Assembly (NCBI RefSeq): GCF_001194135.2
Contig: NC_069001.1
Coordinates: 27,784,197 to 27,841,281 of the forward strand
Origin: Octopus bimaculoides
Taxonomy: Eukaryota
DNA length: 57,085 nucleotides
Direction: 5' to 3'
Shown here: piece by piece, positions 1-13,299 of the stretch
Numbering within the stretch: position 1 is the stretch's first letter
Layout of the letters: every line of letters begins with the position of its first letter
The notes under the pieces: generated by a model
Databases searched by the model: none
Told to the model about the DNA's origin: nothing
Seen by the model: the letters and a program-made list of their open reading frames with translations, nothing else
Made by a program: the position numbers and the translations under genes

Positions 1-44
<44 letters not shown>

Positions 45-47
45 GAT
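1..47. repeat. (TA)n microsatellite
   Basis: Near-perfect TA run at the window start. Confidence 0.95.
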
Positions 48-629
48 ACATGTATACGTACATTCATGGATGGATAGATAGATAGATGTGTATATATATA
101 TGCATATATACATTCACCTGAGAGTGATATATCGTCACAAACGTAGATAATGGGATATTTTCTACCGTTTCGATATAGAATTAAATATGTTTATATGTGT
201 GTGTGTGTACGCATTACATAATCCATGATATACACGAATACTTGTGTGTTTGTTGTATGAGTAATTATATAATATAATTTTTAATTATTCTTTGTTGTAT
301 AATGATAATCCTATTATTTCCGCCAAAAGAAACTAATCTATGGGCTTAAGTACGTTTTAGAATATCTATATTTTAGATGTAATATTAATGCTATCCTTAC
401 AAAGCGAAATCATTTCATTTCAAATGAAGTGAACCGATGATAAACATTTAAATGTCATTGAACTCGTCTTTGTTGTAAAAATCCATTCATTCATACATTT
501 CATTTCATATTTTCCGTCCACATGTAATGTCCATATGTAATGTTGAAACGAATATCTTTAATGAAATTTATTAATAGATATCGATTGATTCTCATCTGTT
601 CGATACATAGATTTTATAGCACGTATCTA

Positions 630-800
630 CATATAGTTCCCTGTATAGGACTTTGGATTGAATCCAACAGAAAGGATCCAGGGATTTGAGGATTGTGGAA
701 CCATCTCTGAGCCACTATTGTTCCCAGTTATACTCTGACACCTATCAGAATCCCAGCAATAGTTAAATCGCATGAAGTCATCTAAGCCAGAGGATGTATC
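630..800 (+). mobile_element. Highly decayed 3' end of an REL-type (R4/Dong-like) LINE
   Basis: Frameshifted translation IVP-IG-(F)GLNPTERIQGFED...IRIPAIVKS resembles the C-terminal IVPIVIGALG..KGL.QGLEDL..TIQTTALLRS motif of this group. Weak match from recall only. Confidence 0.3.
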
Positions 801-1668
801 ATGGTGGATGCGGACTCGTTCGGCTCGTGAATCTTATAAATTAATACCGAATATCATTAGATGTTGAGTGGGCAAACAAGAAACTGGCTATCAGTGGCCT
901 GGATCAAGCAGTTCTGTTAGCGAAGTGCTGTTATCATCTGCATTCCTTACTTGCAAACACGAGATATTTCAGCTACACATAGGCCGATCTGACTAAATTC
1001 CAAACCAAAAGGTCATGCTACATCATTCCACCAGGACATCTAATTCGGATGAACTTCATGGTCTGGATGATTATGTTGGCCTACTTGTATGAAATATGAA
1101 ATATAAAATACGTAAATCTAGAAGTAACTATATATTATATTTCTTCAAGGCAAAAATCAGCAATAGAATTGCCAATATTTTACGATGGTGAGTACCTAAC
1201 GATGGATAAGTTTAAATCAAACTTACTGTCTCTACTCTATTAAATACCCAATGTCTGTTTTAAGATTCGGAGAATGGATAAGAACGATGATGATATCTAG
1301 ATTTCCAAATTGTAACAGATGAAACTATGTAAGAATACTTATGATCATATTTTTCCTTAAACACTGATTATCATGCCTTTATTTATTTGTATTTGGTACT
1401 CAGGGTCAAACGAATTCCTACTAAACGTCCTGTCAGCATGTGTTATGGTAGGATTATTAATTTTATTTTAATAAATATTAAAACTAGGTGTTAACTTGAC
1501 CGTACTATCAGAGTTAGAATTAATTTACTTAAAGAATCCAAATCTAGTTTAGGAAATTATCAATATATATAAACACAGACACACACAGCATATATACATA
1601 ACACATAAGTAACTGGCTTGGTGTCTCAATTTAAATACCTACTTCAACTGAATATTAATTATGTATGC

Positions 1669-1676
<8 letters not shown>

Positions 1677-1734
<58 letters not shown>

Positions 1735-2035
1735 NNNNNNNNNNNNNNNNNNNNNNNNNNNNNNNNNNNNNNNNNNNNNNNNNNNNNNNNNNNNNNNNNN
1801 NNNNNNNNNNNNNNNNNNNNNNNNNNNNNNNNNNNNNNNNNNNNNNNNNNNNNNNNNNNNNNNNNNNNNNNNNNNNNNNNNNNNNNNNNNNNNNNNNNNN
1901 NNNNNNNNNNNNNNNNNNNNNNNNNNNNNNNNNNNNNNNNNNNNNNNNNNNNNNNNNNNNNNNNNNNNNNNNNNNNNNNNNNNNNNNNNNNNNNNNNNNN
2001 NNNNNNNNNNNNNNNNNNNNNNNNNNNNNNNNNNN

Positions 2036-2081
<46 letters not shown>
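1677..2081. repeat. (TG)n / assembly gap / (TA)n
   Basis: (TG)n 1677-1734, N 1735-2035, (TA)n 2036-2081. Confidence 0.95.
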
Positions 2082-2083
<2 letters not shown>

Positions 2084-3054
2084 CATAAATAAGTAAAGAA
2101 ACGTACACAACCTGTATGCATGCGATCACTCATGTCTGAGCATGTGTAATACCACATATATATTGTTTTTTAGATTTAAATTTAAATTGTATTATTATGA
2201 ACGTACCTAGGTTAGAGTCCATCCTGTACCGAAACTTTACACTCAAATATTTCCTGATGCATCGATAAACAAGACAATTATTTCTTAACGCAATATTCTT
2301 GATCCAGTTATGGAAGAGCAGATTGTCATCCATATTCAATCTAGCCATCGATAATGTAAAACAATTGATTTGGTGACCATTAACTTGATGGTTATGAGTT
2401 CTATTCTTCACATAGTGAATAAAAGTTAGTTATCAGCGAACGGCTGCTGCCCTATTCTGGGAAATATTGGCTTGTATTCTCATGATATGCTGGAAGACAG
2501 AGATAAGCAGCGATTTACTAGATTCTCAATGCTCAAGACAGGAAATAATAACTAGAAGTCGGCATTTATTCACCAATATATTCGTAAATATATCAATTCT
2601 TTTTATTAACGTACTGAATGTCATATGCCAATAATGATTTCTATGGAAGATATTCAATAACTAATTACTATATTGCAAAATGGTACTACTTTCAATCCAT
2701 TCTGGCAAACATAAATCATTCTGATATTCTAGTGCTGTGAACAAAGACGGTAATAACTAAATGTTATCTCAATAGCTAAGGTTTTTAGTTCACCACCTCG
2801 GATAACAGACGTGAACAGTTGCTTAAACATACCATTAATGGGGAATTCTCACTAGAGATATAAATCGTTCTGAGTGCGTGCCAGTGTCTATATTTGTGTG
2901 TATGTTTGGTCTTTTTTATTATCGAAATGGGATATTTCTGATTTATCAACCAGCGATTGAAAGCAAATAAGCTTTCGATTGCTCTAATAGAAATTCCATC
3001 CAAATCTACGTCGCCTCATTCACTAACGTCTTCAGAAGATAGACTTGCATACAA

Positions 3055-3057
3055 ATA

Positions 3058-3088
<31 letters not shown>

Positions 3089-3228
3089 ATATATATATAG
3101 ATATAGATATATATATATATATATATATAGATATATATATAGATATATATAGATATATATATATAGATATATATATAGATATATATATAGATATATATAT
3201 ATAGATATATATATAGATAGATATATGT
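3055..3228. repeat. (TA)n microsatellite with regular AG interruptions
   Basis: ATATATATAG-type units repeated with variable TA count. Confidence 0.9.
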
Positions 3229-3481
3229 ATGCATTTGAGCATACAGGTAGACATAACTGACATGTAAGGGGTGCGTTTCAGAATATTTTATTTTTCCTTT
3301 AGGAGAGGCATTTTTAAATGTTCTAAATTTTATAATTATAGTGTATCATTCTTATATATCTACGAAACTGACCTGCCAACATTTGTTATGCCAGAATTAA
3401 ACAAACGGCTGGTACAGCACATTGAACACACCCTACTAGATACAGCTTTTAACAGCTTATTATTTTAGGATTGAAGTCGGG

Positions 3482-4057
3482 ATGTGAAGACAATTTGGAA
3501 GCTCGCTATGCAATAATCTCTTGTATCAAAACTTAGCCAGAATGTTACAGAAACGTATGAAATGCTTCAGAATGATTTTGGGTTAACTTGTACGATCCAA
3601 GCATCTGTTTTCAGCTGACACAGGAGGCCGGGCAAAGCAAGTCCACGGAGAAATTTACGATGACTGGATTTTACAATAGCAAGTGCATCATCAACATCCA
3701 CTTGGTTACTCCTAGCTACGTGGCTAACAAAGAGAAATTTGTGGAGTTTTGAGTGAATTTAGGAAAGGATTCTGTGTTAAAACGCCAGAGCATCTGCATT
3801 AAGACAATGTACCAGTCCATAATTGCATCTAGTTGACCAGCCAGTCGACAAATATAGGCATCAATACTTTCCGTTACGCTCTCTACAATACAGAACTTGG
3901 CCTCAGTGGCTTTAGACTTTATCAAAGAAGAGGAGGGAGGCTACTTCAAGTGTCTGGGATATCTTCATTCAAAGGAAGCTCCGTGCTGCCGTTACGAATT
4001 GGCTACAGCGCTACAACAAAGGCACTCAAATCAAACGATTCTACTTTAAAGTAATTA
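3482..4057 (+). mobile_element. Internally deleted mariner transposase relic
   Basis: Frameshifted translation gives the N-terminal HTH (LEARYAIISCIKLSQNVTETYEMLQNDFG...ASVF), joined directly to SKSTEKFTMTGFYNSKCII...VANKEKFVEF, then H*DNVPVHN, and the C-terminal WLQRYNKG...YFK. Several stops. Confidence 0.85.
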
Positions 4058-4429
4058 GACATTTGTACTTCGATGCAATTAATAAAAATCACATGAAAAT
4101 ACACGGTGGAAAGCTTCTTGTATGTATATGCATAGTTTTTTCTAAAAGGTTTCATATATGTATGTACACACAAACACTCACATTTCCCACACACATACAT
4201 GTTCGTACACATATACCACTCTATCTCCAACTCACACACATCTTTTCTCTCTCTCTGTCTCAATATATATGTAAATATATATATGTAAAATACCTGTATA
4301 TATGTACACGTATATAGTATATATGTGTGTGTGTGCATCCACGTAATCATTACGCTAGTGTGATTATGTGCATACACACATACACATATATGTATGAATG
4401 CATGTGTATGTTTATATAAAATATATGCA

Positions 4430-4438
4430 AATATATTT

Positions 4439-4493
<55 letters not shown>

Positions 4494-5094
4494 NNNNNNN
4501 NNNNNNNNNNNNNNNNNNNNNNNNNNNNNNNNNNNNNNNNNNNNNNNNNNNNNNNNNNNNNNNNNNNNNNNNNNNNNNNNNNNNNNNNNNNNNNNNNNNN
4601 NNNNNNNNNNNNNNNNNNNNNNNNNNNNNNNNNNNNNNNNNNNNNNNNNNNNNNNNNNNNNNNNNNNNNNNNNNNNNNNNNNNNNNNNNNNNNNNNNNNN
4701 NNNNNNNNNNNNNNNNNNNNNNNNNNNNNNNNNNNNNNNNNNNNNNNNNNNNNNNNNNNNNNNNNNNNNNNNNNNNNNNNNNNNNNNNNNNNNNNNNNNN
4801 NNNNNNNNNNNNNNNNNNNNNNNNNNNNNNNNNNNNNNNNNNNNNNNNNNNNNNNNNNNNNNNNNNNNNNNNNNNNNNNNNNNNNNNNNNNNNNNNNNNN
4901 NNNNNNNNNNNNNNNNNNNNNNNNNNNNNNNNNNNNNNNNNNNNNNNNNNNNNNNNNNNNNNNNNNNNNNNNNNNNNNNNNNNNNNNNNNNNNNNNNNNN
5001 NNNNNNNNNNNNNNNNNNNNNNNNNNNNNNNNNNNNNNNNNNNNNNNNNNNNNNNNNNNNNNNNNNNNNNNNNNNNNNNNNNNNNNNNNNTAAT

Positions 5095-5128
<34 letters not shown>

Positions 5129-5160
5129 ATATATATATATATAATATATATATATATATA
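4430..5160. repeat. (TA)n-rich tract around an assembly gap
   Basis: TA runs flank N 4494-5090. Confidence 0.9.
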
Positions 5161-5542
5161 CATACGAACATGTGTGTGTGTCTGCAGAAAAGCAATAATG
5201 TGGATAAATATATTAGACAGACCAACAATATTATATAAATTATATACATCAAATAGAGAATATGCATATCTGCATACATGCAAACGGATGTGGAAATTTG
5301 TTGATGATGAATTTTTATGCGTAAATATATAGATATTTGTATTAATAGATCCACCTAACACAGAATACAAATGATTTAAAAAATAAAATGGCTGCTAAAA
5401 ATGTTTATCATACGTCCAACACCTGCTTATTGGGGACCACTGCTCCTTAGTAACGTTGATAGATTTAGTTCATCACAACATGCAGCCGTATGGAGCCACT
5501 TAAGAGATTAGACGAACGTATATAAATACATACATACATACA

Positions 5543-5578
<36 letters not shown>

Positions 5579-6221
5579 TATATANNNNNNNNNNNNNNNN
5601 NNNNNNNNNNNNNNNNNNNNNNNNNNNNNNNNNNNNNNNNNNNNNNNNNNNNNNNNNNNNNNNNNNNNNNNNNNNNNNNNNNNNNNNNNNNNNNNNNNNN
5701 NNNNNNNNNNNNNNNNNNNNNNNNNNNNNNNNNNNNNNNNNNNNNNNNNNNNNNNNNNNNNNNNNNNNNNNNNNNNNNNNNNNNNNNNNNNNNNNNNNNN
5801 NNNNNNNNNNNNNNNNNNNNNNNNNNNNNNNNNNNNNNNNNNNNNNNNNNNNNNNNNNNNNNNNNNNNNNNNNNNNNNNNNNNNNNNNNNNNNNNNNNNN
5901 NNNNNNNNNNNNNCATATATGCGTGTTTAAATGTAGCTGGCCGCCGACACTTTTTTCTGCAAAATAGAGGTAGCTTATCCTGTTCAAGATATATTATTAG
6001 CATTATCCTGCGTTTGAGAATTTAAAAATCACTTCTTTAACTTTCTAAGACATCTCCACGTTTCTAAAATCAAACTTCGTTTGTTTGTTTACGTTTATCG
6101 TAATTTGAATTTAATATATATATGCATATATGCTGGTGTGCATGTATTGTTCATGTGCGTTTGTAAGCAGATATATAGTACTAACTAGGTATATAGAAGC
6201 ATAGATTTTTAGATTACCAAG

Positions 6222-6720
6222 GCACCGCAGACCCTCAGACTAAGAGCGGAACTTGGGGCAATATAGAGCGATTATACAAAGAAGAATCACTACAACATAT
6301 GAGCTACTGGGAGAGACAAAAGGAAGAGAGGGTCTATTTCTTAGAGGGATGACATGAAACATATGTACTGACTAATATATGGAACATCCTGGAAGGTCTT
6401 GCTCTCCATTCGGGATTTGAAAGGTGTACCAACTACGGAGATTGATGGCACCGTATAATAACAAAAATCTCGTGTCTCCATCTGGGATGAGGACTCAGTA
6501 CTATAACATCTTGAGTTGCAATGTTTCTCATGTATTCAGTAGTCTGCTAGAGATGCGAGATGCAGAAGCGGAGATTTTGAAAGTATATTTAGACAGATTT
6601 TTATCTGAAATACCAGAGGATACCACATCGGGAGAGGACACATAAAAAAGTGCTATTCCATTCAGCAGTGCTACACCAGAAACAATCTAGAAAATAAAAA
6701 CAATCCCAGCACAGCCTCAT
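6222..6720 (+). mobile_element. CR1/L2-group LINE, 3' ORF2 fragment (decayed)
   Basis: Translation AELGAI*SDYTKK...MSYWERQKEERVYFLE...TNIWNILEG...LDRFLSEIPEDTTS matches the YWERLK.L.LYSLERRRERY..IYIWKILEG and LD.FL..IPDEP motifs of CR1-like LINE ends. Confidence 0.75.
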
Positions 6721-8307
6721 ACTCAGGCTGAAAGCAAGAAAGCAATAATGAATAAAAAGATCCTTTGATCACAATTGTTTTGATCCTTCACATCTGTCTA
6801 ACTCATTTCTAACACTTTCTTTCTGTATATGTGTATCCAACAACATTTGAATGTGCGTGTAAAAATACAAATGTGTAAGTTTGAATCTGTTTGTGTATGG
6901 CTCGTGCATGCTTGTGTTTACACATCTCTGAGAATGGGAAATGAATACATATTTCACAGAATATTTTGCAACCTAAATGAGAGTAAAAGGAAGTGAAATA
7001 AAAACGAGGAAGACTTAAAAGAACACAAAATGATACTTAAAATTTAAATGAAATGGGGAAATAAAATTCAAATATTTTTTTCGGAAAAGAATTAATGCTT
7101 GGAATGAATAAAAATAAATACTGAAGATATAAATATAAAAGCATTAAAAAGATATAATAAGAATAGAAATGTCCAATACGAATGATATGAATGACAAATA
7201 TAAAACAACAACTACAATAACAATAACAGTAACATTACGCGAAAGTAATGAACTGGTTCACCAAAGTTCTTCAAAGATTTGTTTGTAAATATTTGCTTCG
7301 TCTCAAGTGAGGCGACACTCGGCAATCCAGCCAAACATACAAATACATACACATCTATAATACACACACGAGGGAAAACATACCACACACACCCTATACA
7401 TACAGAGACACGTTTCCACACAAAACCAAAAGAGATAAACAGACACACGGACTGGATATCATATACGTGCATACATCGATAGATAAATACATATATATAC
7501 ACACATCTGCAGAGAGATCTGCATTGATAAATGTATGCGTTTCCTTTAACAATTTTTCAGATGTTTTAATCGTTAGCTTGACAACAACACAGCTCCCTCC
7601 ACTTGAAATTCTCGCCTTTTTTATTCATGTTAGAGGATTTTTTCTTTTGTTTCTATCAATTTCGTTCGCTTCATTTTTGTCGATATTTTTTTTCTACAAC
7701 AAAGAGGGAGTCTTTGAAATTTATTACTGTCATTGTTGGTTTCCTATTTTTTTTCGTTTGTTGCATTTCTTCTTTGTCCTTTAGTCACACTATATTACAA
7801 TACATAGAGAAGCGTGAGAATGCATTAGTTTAAGTGAACCGTTTTTTTTTATTAGTATTATTCGATTGTGTTCTATAGTTTCTTGCACATATCTTTTTTC
7901 TCAAATTCTCTCATTAATTGCTAGTCTCTCCACGACCATCTCTCACACTCGCTATCCGACTATCACTCCCTTACTCTCTCTCTTTAACTTATTTTATCCC
8001 AATGTCTCATTTATATTTTCTCGCTTTTGTCTCCTTCCTTTCTCCAATTTACCATAACACCCACAGAACTCCCCCCCCCACAAAGAATACTGAGTTATCA
8101 ACTTCTAAATGCATATATATATATGTGTGTGTGTGTGTTTGGGCGCGTGTGTATGTGTGTCTGTCTGTCTGTCCCCAGTCTATACTTAAGTGTATCTGCA
8201 TATTTATATATGAATCTATATAGTAACCAGAACTGATATATATATATGTGTATATGTGTGTGAGTGTGTGTGTGACTGTGTATGTCTATACGCATCTACA
8301 TTAATGA

Positions 8308-8366
<59 letters not shown>

Positions 8367-10129
8367 TGCACACACATACATATGTATGTATATACATGCA
8401 TAATTAATGTGTTCTGTTGATTCAAAGATGGCTATTAGCTTTTAACACCATACTCTCGATGGACTAAAAGCATTGTAAAACTAACTAAACTTACACACTT
8501 GGGTAAATGGATAAATGGAATGGCGTCGTCGAATAAAAATTAACCCCATCAAAAATACCTATTTATCAAACATGAAGTATCGCGGCCATGTTGGCGCGAT
8601 TATAGTGTTAATAGAGTAAATATTTATTATTTCTTTCTTTATGTTCCCTTGAGATGTCTACATGATGGAATTAATAAAGTGTTACTTGTAAAGTCGATGC
8701 TTTTCTACTTCACCGTCCATCAAACTTGAATATGAAATTAGATAAAAAGTTTTATGCCACCAGGCAAACAGATGAGGGTTCTTATTCTACCAGCAGAGCT
8801 TTCACTTTCTATGTTCACATCCTTTCAGCCTGATTCGCATTGTTGTATATTGTTGAGTCCCAGATTCGCTTTACTTACGGCACGCTTTACTGCAACGAGA
8901 TGTATTTTGGTAGAACGTGTGCATCAAATAAAAGGTTGCATTAAATAGTATATATATATATATATATATATATATAATGTTTAGTGCATACACACACATA
9001 CACGCATTCAACTATCTATGTATCTGTCTATCTATCTATCTATAATTGAACCTTAAGAGAAAAATTAGACATTTATTTTATTATTGAATATATGATGTAT
9101 GTATATATATATTTCATATTTAAAACTTCAGTTTATATTTGCCAAGTGTTTCAAGATATAATTAAAATATTTCTTTTGTTGGAATTAGCAATAGGTCACG
9201 GCATCGAGTGAATATTGTAGATAGCCCCATATGTTATGCATGACATTGTAGCTATAAATCGTCAGAAACTTTCGAAAGAAATATAATTTGATTATAGTCA
9301 GAAACGAAGATTGTAGTGGGGTCTCTCTTTCCAGAGAGACAGGTTACAGGGTATATAGTTTGCAAGAGAGCTACAATGAAATCAATAAAGGGAAATAAAG
9401 TAATTTAATCTTTAGAGGAATATATATATATATCTTTTGAACCAAAAGAACAAGCTACCTAGTGTGCCATAGTTAATTTGAAGTGGTGGCAGCCTGTAAG
9501 AGCAGCTCTGACATCTATCTGTGTATAGTAGAACATGTTTATCATAGAGGTTGTTCTAATTCTAATGGAGTCGTATGGAATATTCTGTATATATATCACA
9601 TTCAACGTTTATGATTATTAGTTGATGGCGCGACTTCAGTTCCATTGTCCGTACACCGTTTGTTTTAGTGATCTGGGACATGAGATCATTGTAAAACGGA
9701 GCTGCACACTAGTTCTATGTTCGAATCTTCTGAAGCGAAGAATCTCTTGCGATGGCCTTAGCTGAGACGCATTGAATATGCAGCCAGAATGCATGTTAAT
9801 CCAACTAACATAGCCATCCAAATAGTATTCCATATGAGTTACTTGGATGTTTCTTGTTCTTTTCAGTTCTGAGCTTGTCTTTATCAACTTCCATATGTAC
9901 ATGAATTGCGTTCTAGACTGTTTTGCTTTGTTCTTATAAATATGATATTATTTGATGAAAAAAAGCTTTAAATGTTCCGCATACTGAAATGAGGTTTGCA
10001 CGAATATTATTAGAGTTGTATCGTCAAGGATTATCGTGTCCATTCTGTCATTGAACTTCGACAACCCCATGCATTTTCTCATCGTTGGACTTGACAATCA
10101 CTAATGTACGATCTTTGTATCTCTGGGTC

Positions 10130-11210
10130 CAACATGGACCCACGAAGAAGAGGGGTCTTTTTAGGGTTTCCTACTTATTCGTCGTAGGTATTTCAGAATT
10201 CATGCGAGTAAGGTCAAGAATTGTATGCTTACTTCGTAGACCTCGGAATGGCACACAACCGCATTCCACGGTTGCAGTTGTAGAATGTTCTGGGGTTTTG
10301 AATCGATATACAGATCCTTATTGCCGTGAAGTCATAGGTGTGCAAGATTTTTTGTGTTCGGATAAATCGCGCTAAGTTGAAAGCATCTAAAGTGGGTATT
10401 GGTATCTGCTAAGGGTACTGTCATCTCTCATGTCTTGTAGACATAACTGTACAACCGGGTTGAAGGTGGTGCCGAGCCTGACTTGCGTAACGTCAATCGG
10501 CAAAAATTTGTGCTATTCAAATCCTCTGAATGTGACCTCCCACATTCACTTGAAAGGTTTGTTGCCGAACGCAGCTCGGCAAGAATGGAAATCAGTGCTG
10601 CGATGACTGAGACAATCCTTTTCTCAAGGTTCACTGACTCAGGCGAGGACGTTCGTGTATCTGAAGCCAGTGATTGATGGCAGGAGTTTGAATTAATTCA
10701 GGTATTGCAGGAGCAATTGGAATAATGTGCCCGCTTCAACATTCCATCTACAGAAAGGAGGTAAGTGTAAAAGCCATGCCCACTATCTTCAGTTTGTTGT
10801 TTGCCCCGCTTACCTTACGTATGGTTATGAATATCATGTAACGACCAAAAGAATATTATGGCGAATATAAGCGGAAGAAATGAATTTCTTCCAATGGGTC
10901 TTTGAAGTTATGTTACTCGACAGAGTTCCTTGCTCGAAGATAGGAGAGTCGCTCCAAGTAGTCACAACTTCTCCCAATTGCGATATCACTGCGCCAATAC
11001 TACGGACATGCGGTAGGACCATCAAGGAAGGAATCGCTGGCCAGATTTTACAGGCTAAACCGACTGGAACTAGACTAAGGGGACGATGATTGGATAACAT
11101 CAATGAGTTCTGTTGGTTTCGTCTAGGGATTCATCCGGGTCAATTGGAAACGATTGGTTACTTATAACACGTTCCAGTGGAACGCATGCTTGAAGACTCT
11201 GTGAGCGGAG
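10130..11210 (+). mobile_element. RTE-clade LINE, RT domain to 3' end (decayed, 5'-truncated)
   Basis: Frameshifted translation shows YAYFVDLGMAHNRIPR (FVDLEKAYDRVPR), SSECDLPHSLERFVAE..SARMEIS, LTYGYEYHVTTKRI, MNFFQWVFEVMLLDRVPCSKIGESLQV and QILQAKPTGTRLRGR..WLDNI. The YADD motif is eroded. Confidence 0.85.
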
Positions 11211-11662
11211 AAAATAAAATTAGATGACATATGTACTAACTTTGAACTTCATGTCAAAAGAGTCAGAAATACATATTGGAGGAATATTGAGTATATGAAA
11301 GAAAAAGTTCCTACTTATTTTATTATTTTAAAACGCCAAGAACGAGCGATTTGACATTCGAAAATGTAAATTGAGCTGCTTCAAAAGTTGAATTCGTGCA
11401 GTCGCACTGTAGACGACTCGGTTGTTAGTTTAACATAGAACAATAGAAATATTCCTTGATGATTTTTTCGAGGTTATAGGCGATTTATTAGTCATTGTAA
11501 CTGTTCATGTACTAGACAATATTTTTAGAGTTTCATATATATATGAATTGATGCAAAATGAAAATAGCTTCAACGCGTGATTAAACAAGTATTTTATTTA
11601 TATACATATGTATATGCATGTATGTATGTATACATGTATGTACACATGCATATACCTATCTG

Positions 11663-11751
<89 letters not shown>

Positions 11752-13053
11752 TGTATATAAAGACATATATTGTATATAAAGACATATATGCATGTGGGTG
11801 TATATGTATGTATATGTGTATGTAGATACATTTAATGTATACCTAAATATGTATTTAGGTATATATAAATAAATAGTTAATAACTGGTGTCACAACAGCA
11901 ATTAGTTCTGAATATTCTATGAATTTTTGCCGGGTATGTCTTCAGCACCTCGAGTTCAAATTATAAGAATTGGGTGTGCATGTATAAATAACGAGTGTAA
12001 TGGGATGGATGGAGCTGGGTGAATGGAGAGAAATTGAAGTGTCAGATAATTTGGAAATTTAGCAAATATCAATTATCAATTATCAGAATTTAATCTTCTA
12101 TAAACAAAAACAAAAGCTAGAGTATTTATTTCCTATAATACGTTTGATACAAAATACATTTGGAGAAAGTAATTAAAAATATTGGTCAAATAGATGCAGG
12201 GACGGCAATTATATAAAATACTTAACATGAATTGTCAGCTACGAATATACAGCAAGCGACATATATTTCGAAATTTTGACTGAATATTGGTTTTAAAGGT
12301 TAAGTTGAATCGTAACACAGAGGAAAAATGTCATTGGCCAGTTTAATAAAATCCCCATTATTTATAATGAATGATTATGTTATCAGTTATAATATACACT
12401 TATGCAATACTAATTGCTTAGGAGAGTTGTTGAAAATATTTTGAAAGAAACTTAAATCGTTGTTTTATTTCATTTCTCTCACAAATTCTTCCTCCCCAGA
12501 CACCAAATGCAATCAACTCTGTCTAATTTCACATCCTTGAATATTAATCCGTGATTGATGAAGCAATGTCTAGAATTTAATCTGCAAGCATTAAAGTAAA
12601 TATTAATTTCTTTGTGTAATGTTTGTCTAGTTCAGATTGTCTTTTCTGCAGTTAGGTTTTGTTGTTGTTGTCATATGTTTAAGAAAAAACGCACATATAC
12701 ATCCTCGTAATTATAAGTAATTACCCTTAATTTTAGCAGTAGTAGCATCAAGGCGGCAAACTGGCAGAATCATTAACATAATCAAAACAATAAGAATTAC
12801 AACAATAATTACAATAGACTAAATAACGAAAGTAACAAAACTAATGACATCATTCATGTCAAAATCCGGGAACGAAATGAAAACAGCAGGCGTAATTAGA
12901 CAACTACAAACAGCTCCATTAACATTACTATACTGCAATTAGAAACCGTAAGACCTGCACCATCAGGTGGAGCAGAGAAGTGAACTTCGAAACAAATATT
13001 AAGTAGAAACTACAACTGTCACCACTACCATCATTAATATTATTACCATTAAT

Positions 13054-13248
13054 ATTGATTTCAAATTTTGGCACAAGGCCAGCAGGGGAGGAAGTAAGTT
13101 GTTTACACAACCGTGGTACTTATTTTACCGACCCCTACAGGATTAAAAGCCATGTATACCGTGGTGGAAGTTGAACACAGAACGGGAAAACGGACATAAT
13201 ACTGCTAAGCATTTCGCCTAGTGTGTTAACGATTCAGCCAGAGTGGCT
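13054..13248 (-). mobile_element. tRNA-derived SINE, family A
   Basis: Reverse complement contains the head ...TGAATCGTTAACACACTAGGCGAAATGCTTAGC, the body ...GTCGGTAAAATAAGTACC and the tail GGCCTTGTGCCAAAATTTGAAATC, shared with other copies in the window. Confidence 0.8.
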
Positions 13249-13299
13249 AATCTTATCAGATATATATATTGCGATCAGACAGTTGTTCTTCACGCTGTT

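Noticed and set aside
2211-2400. C2-domain-like (NILDPVMEEQIVIH) or RGS-like (LESILYRNFTLKYF) peptides
   Set aside because: The resemblances are short, lie in different frames and are broken by stops. This is not enough to name a gene.
8450-8950. Possible mariner remnants on the minus strand
   Set aside because: Only vague echoes of the SGR and KCV motifs are present, and no diagnostic motif is recoverable.
11826-11863. Perfect 12-bp palindrome TATACCTAAATA-tg-TATTTAGGTATA
   Set aside because: It is embedded in TA/AT low-complexity sequence where such palindromes are expected.
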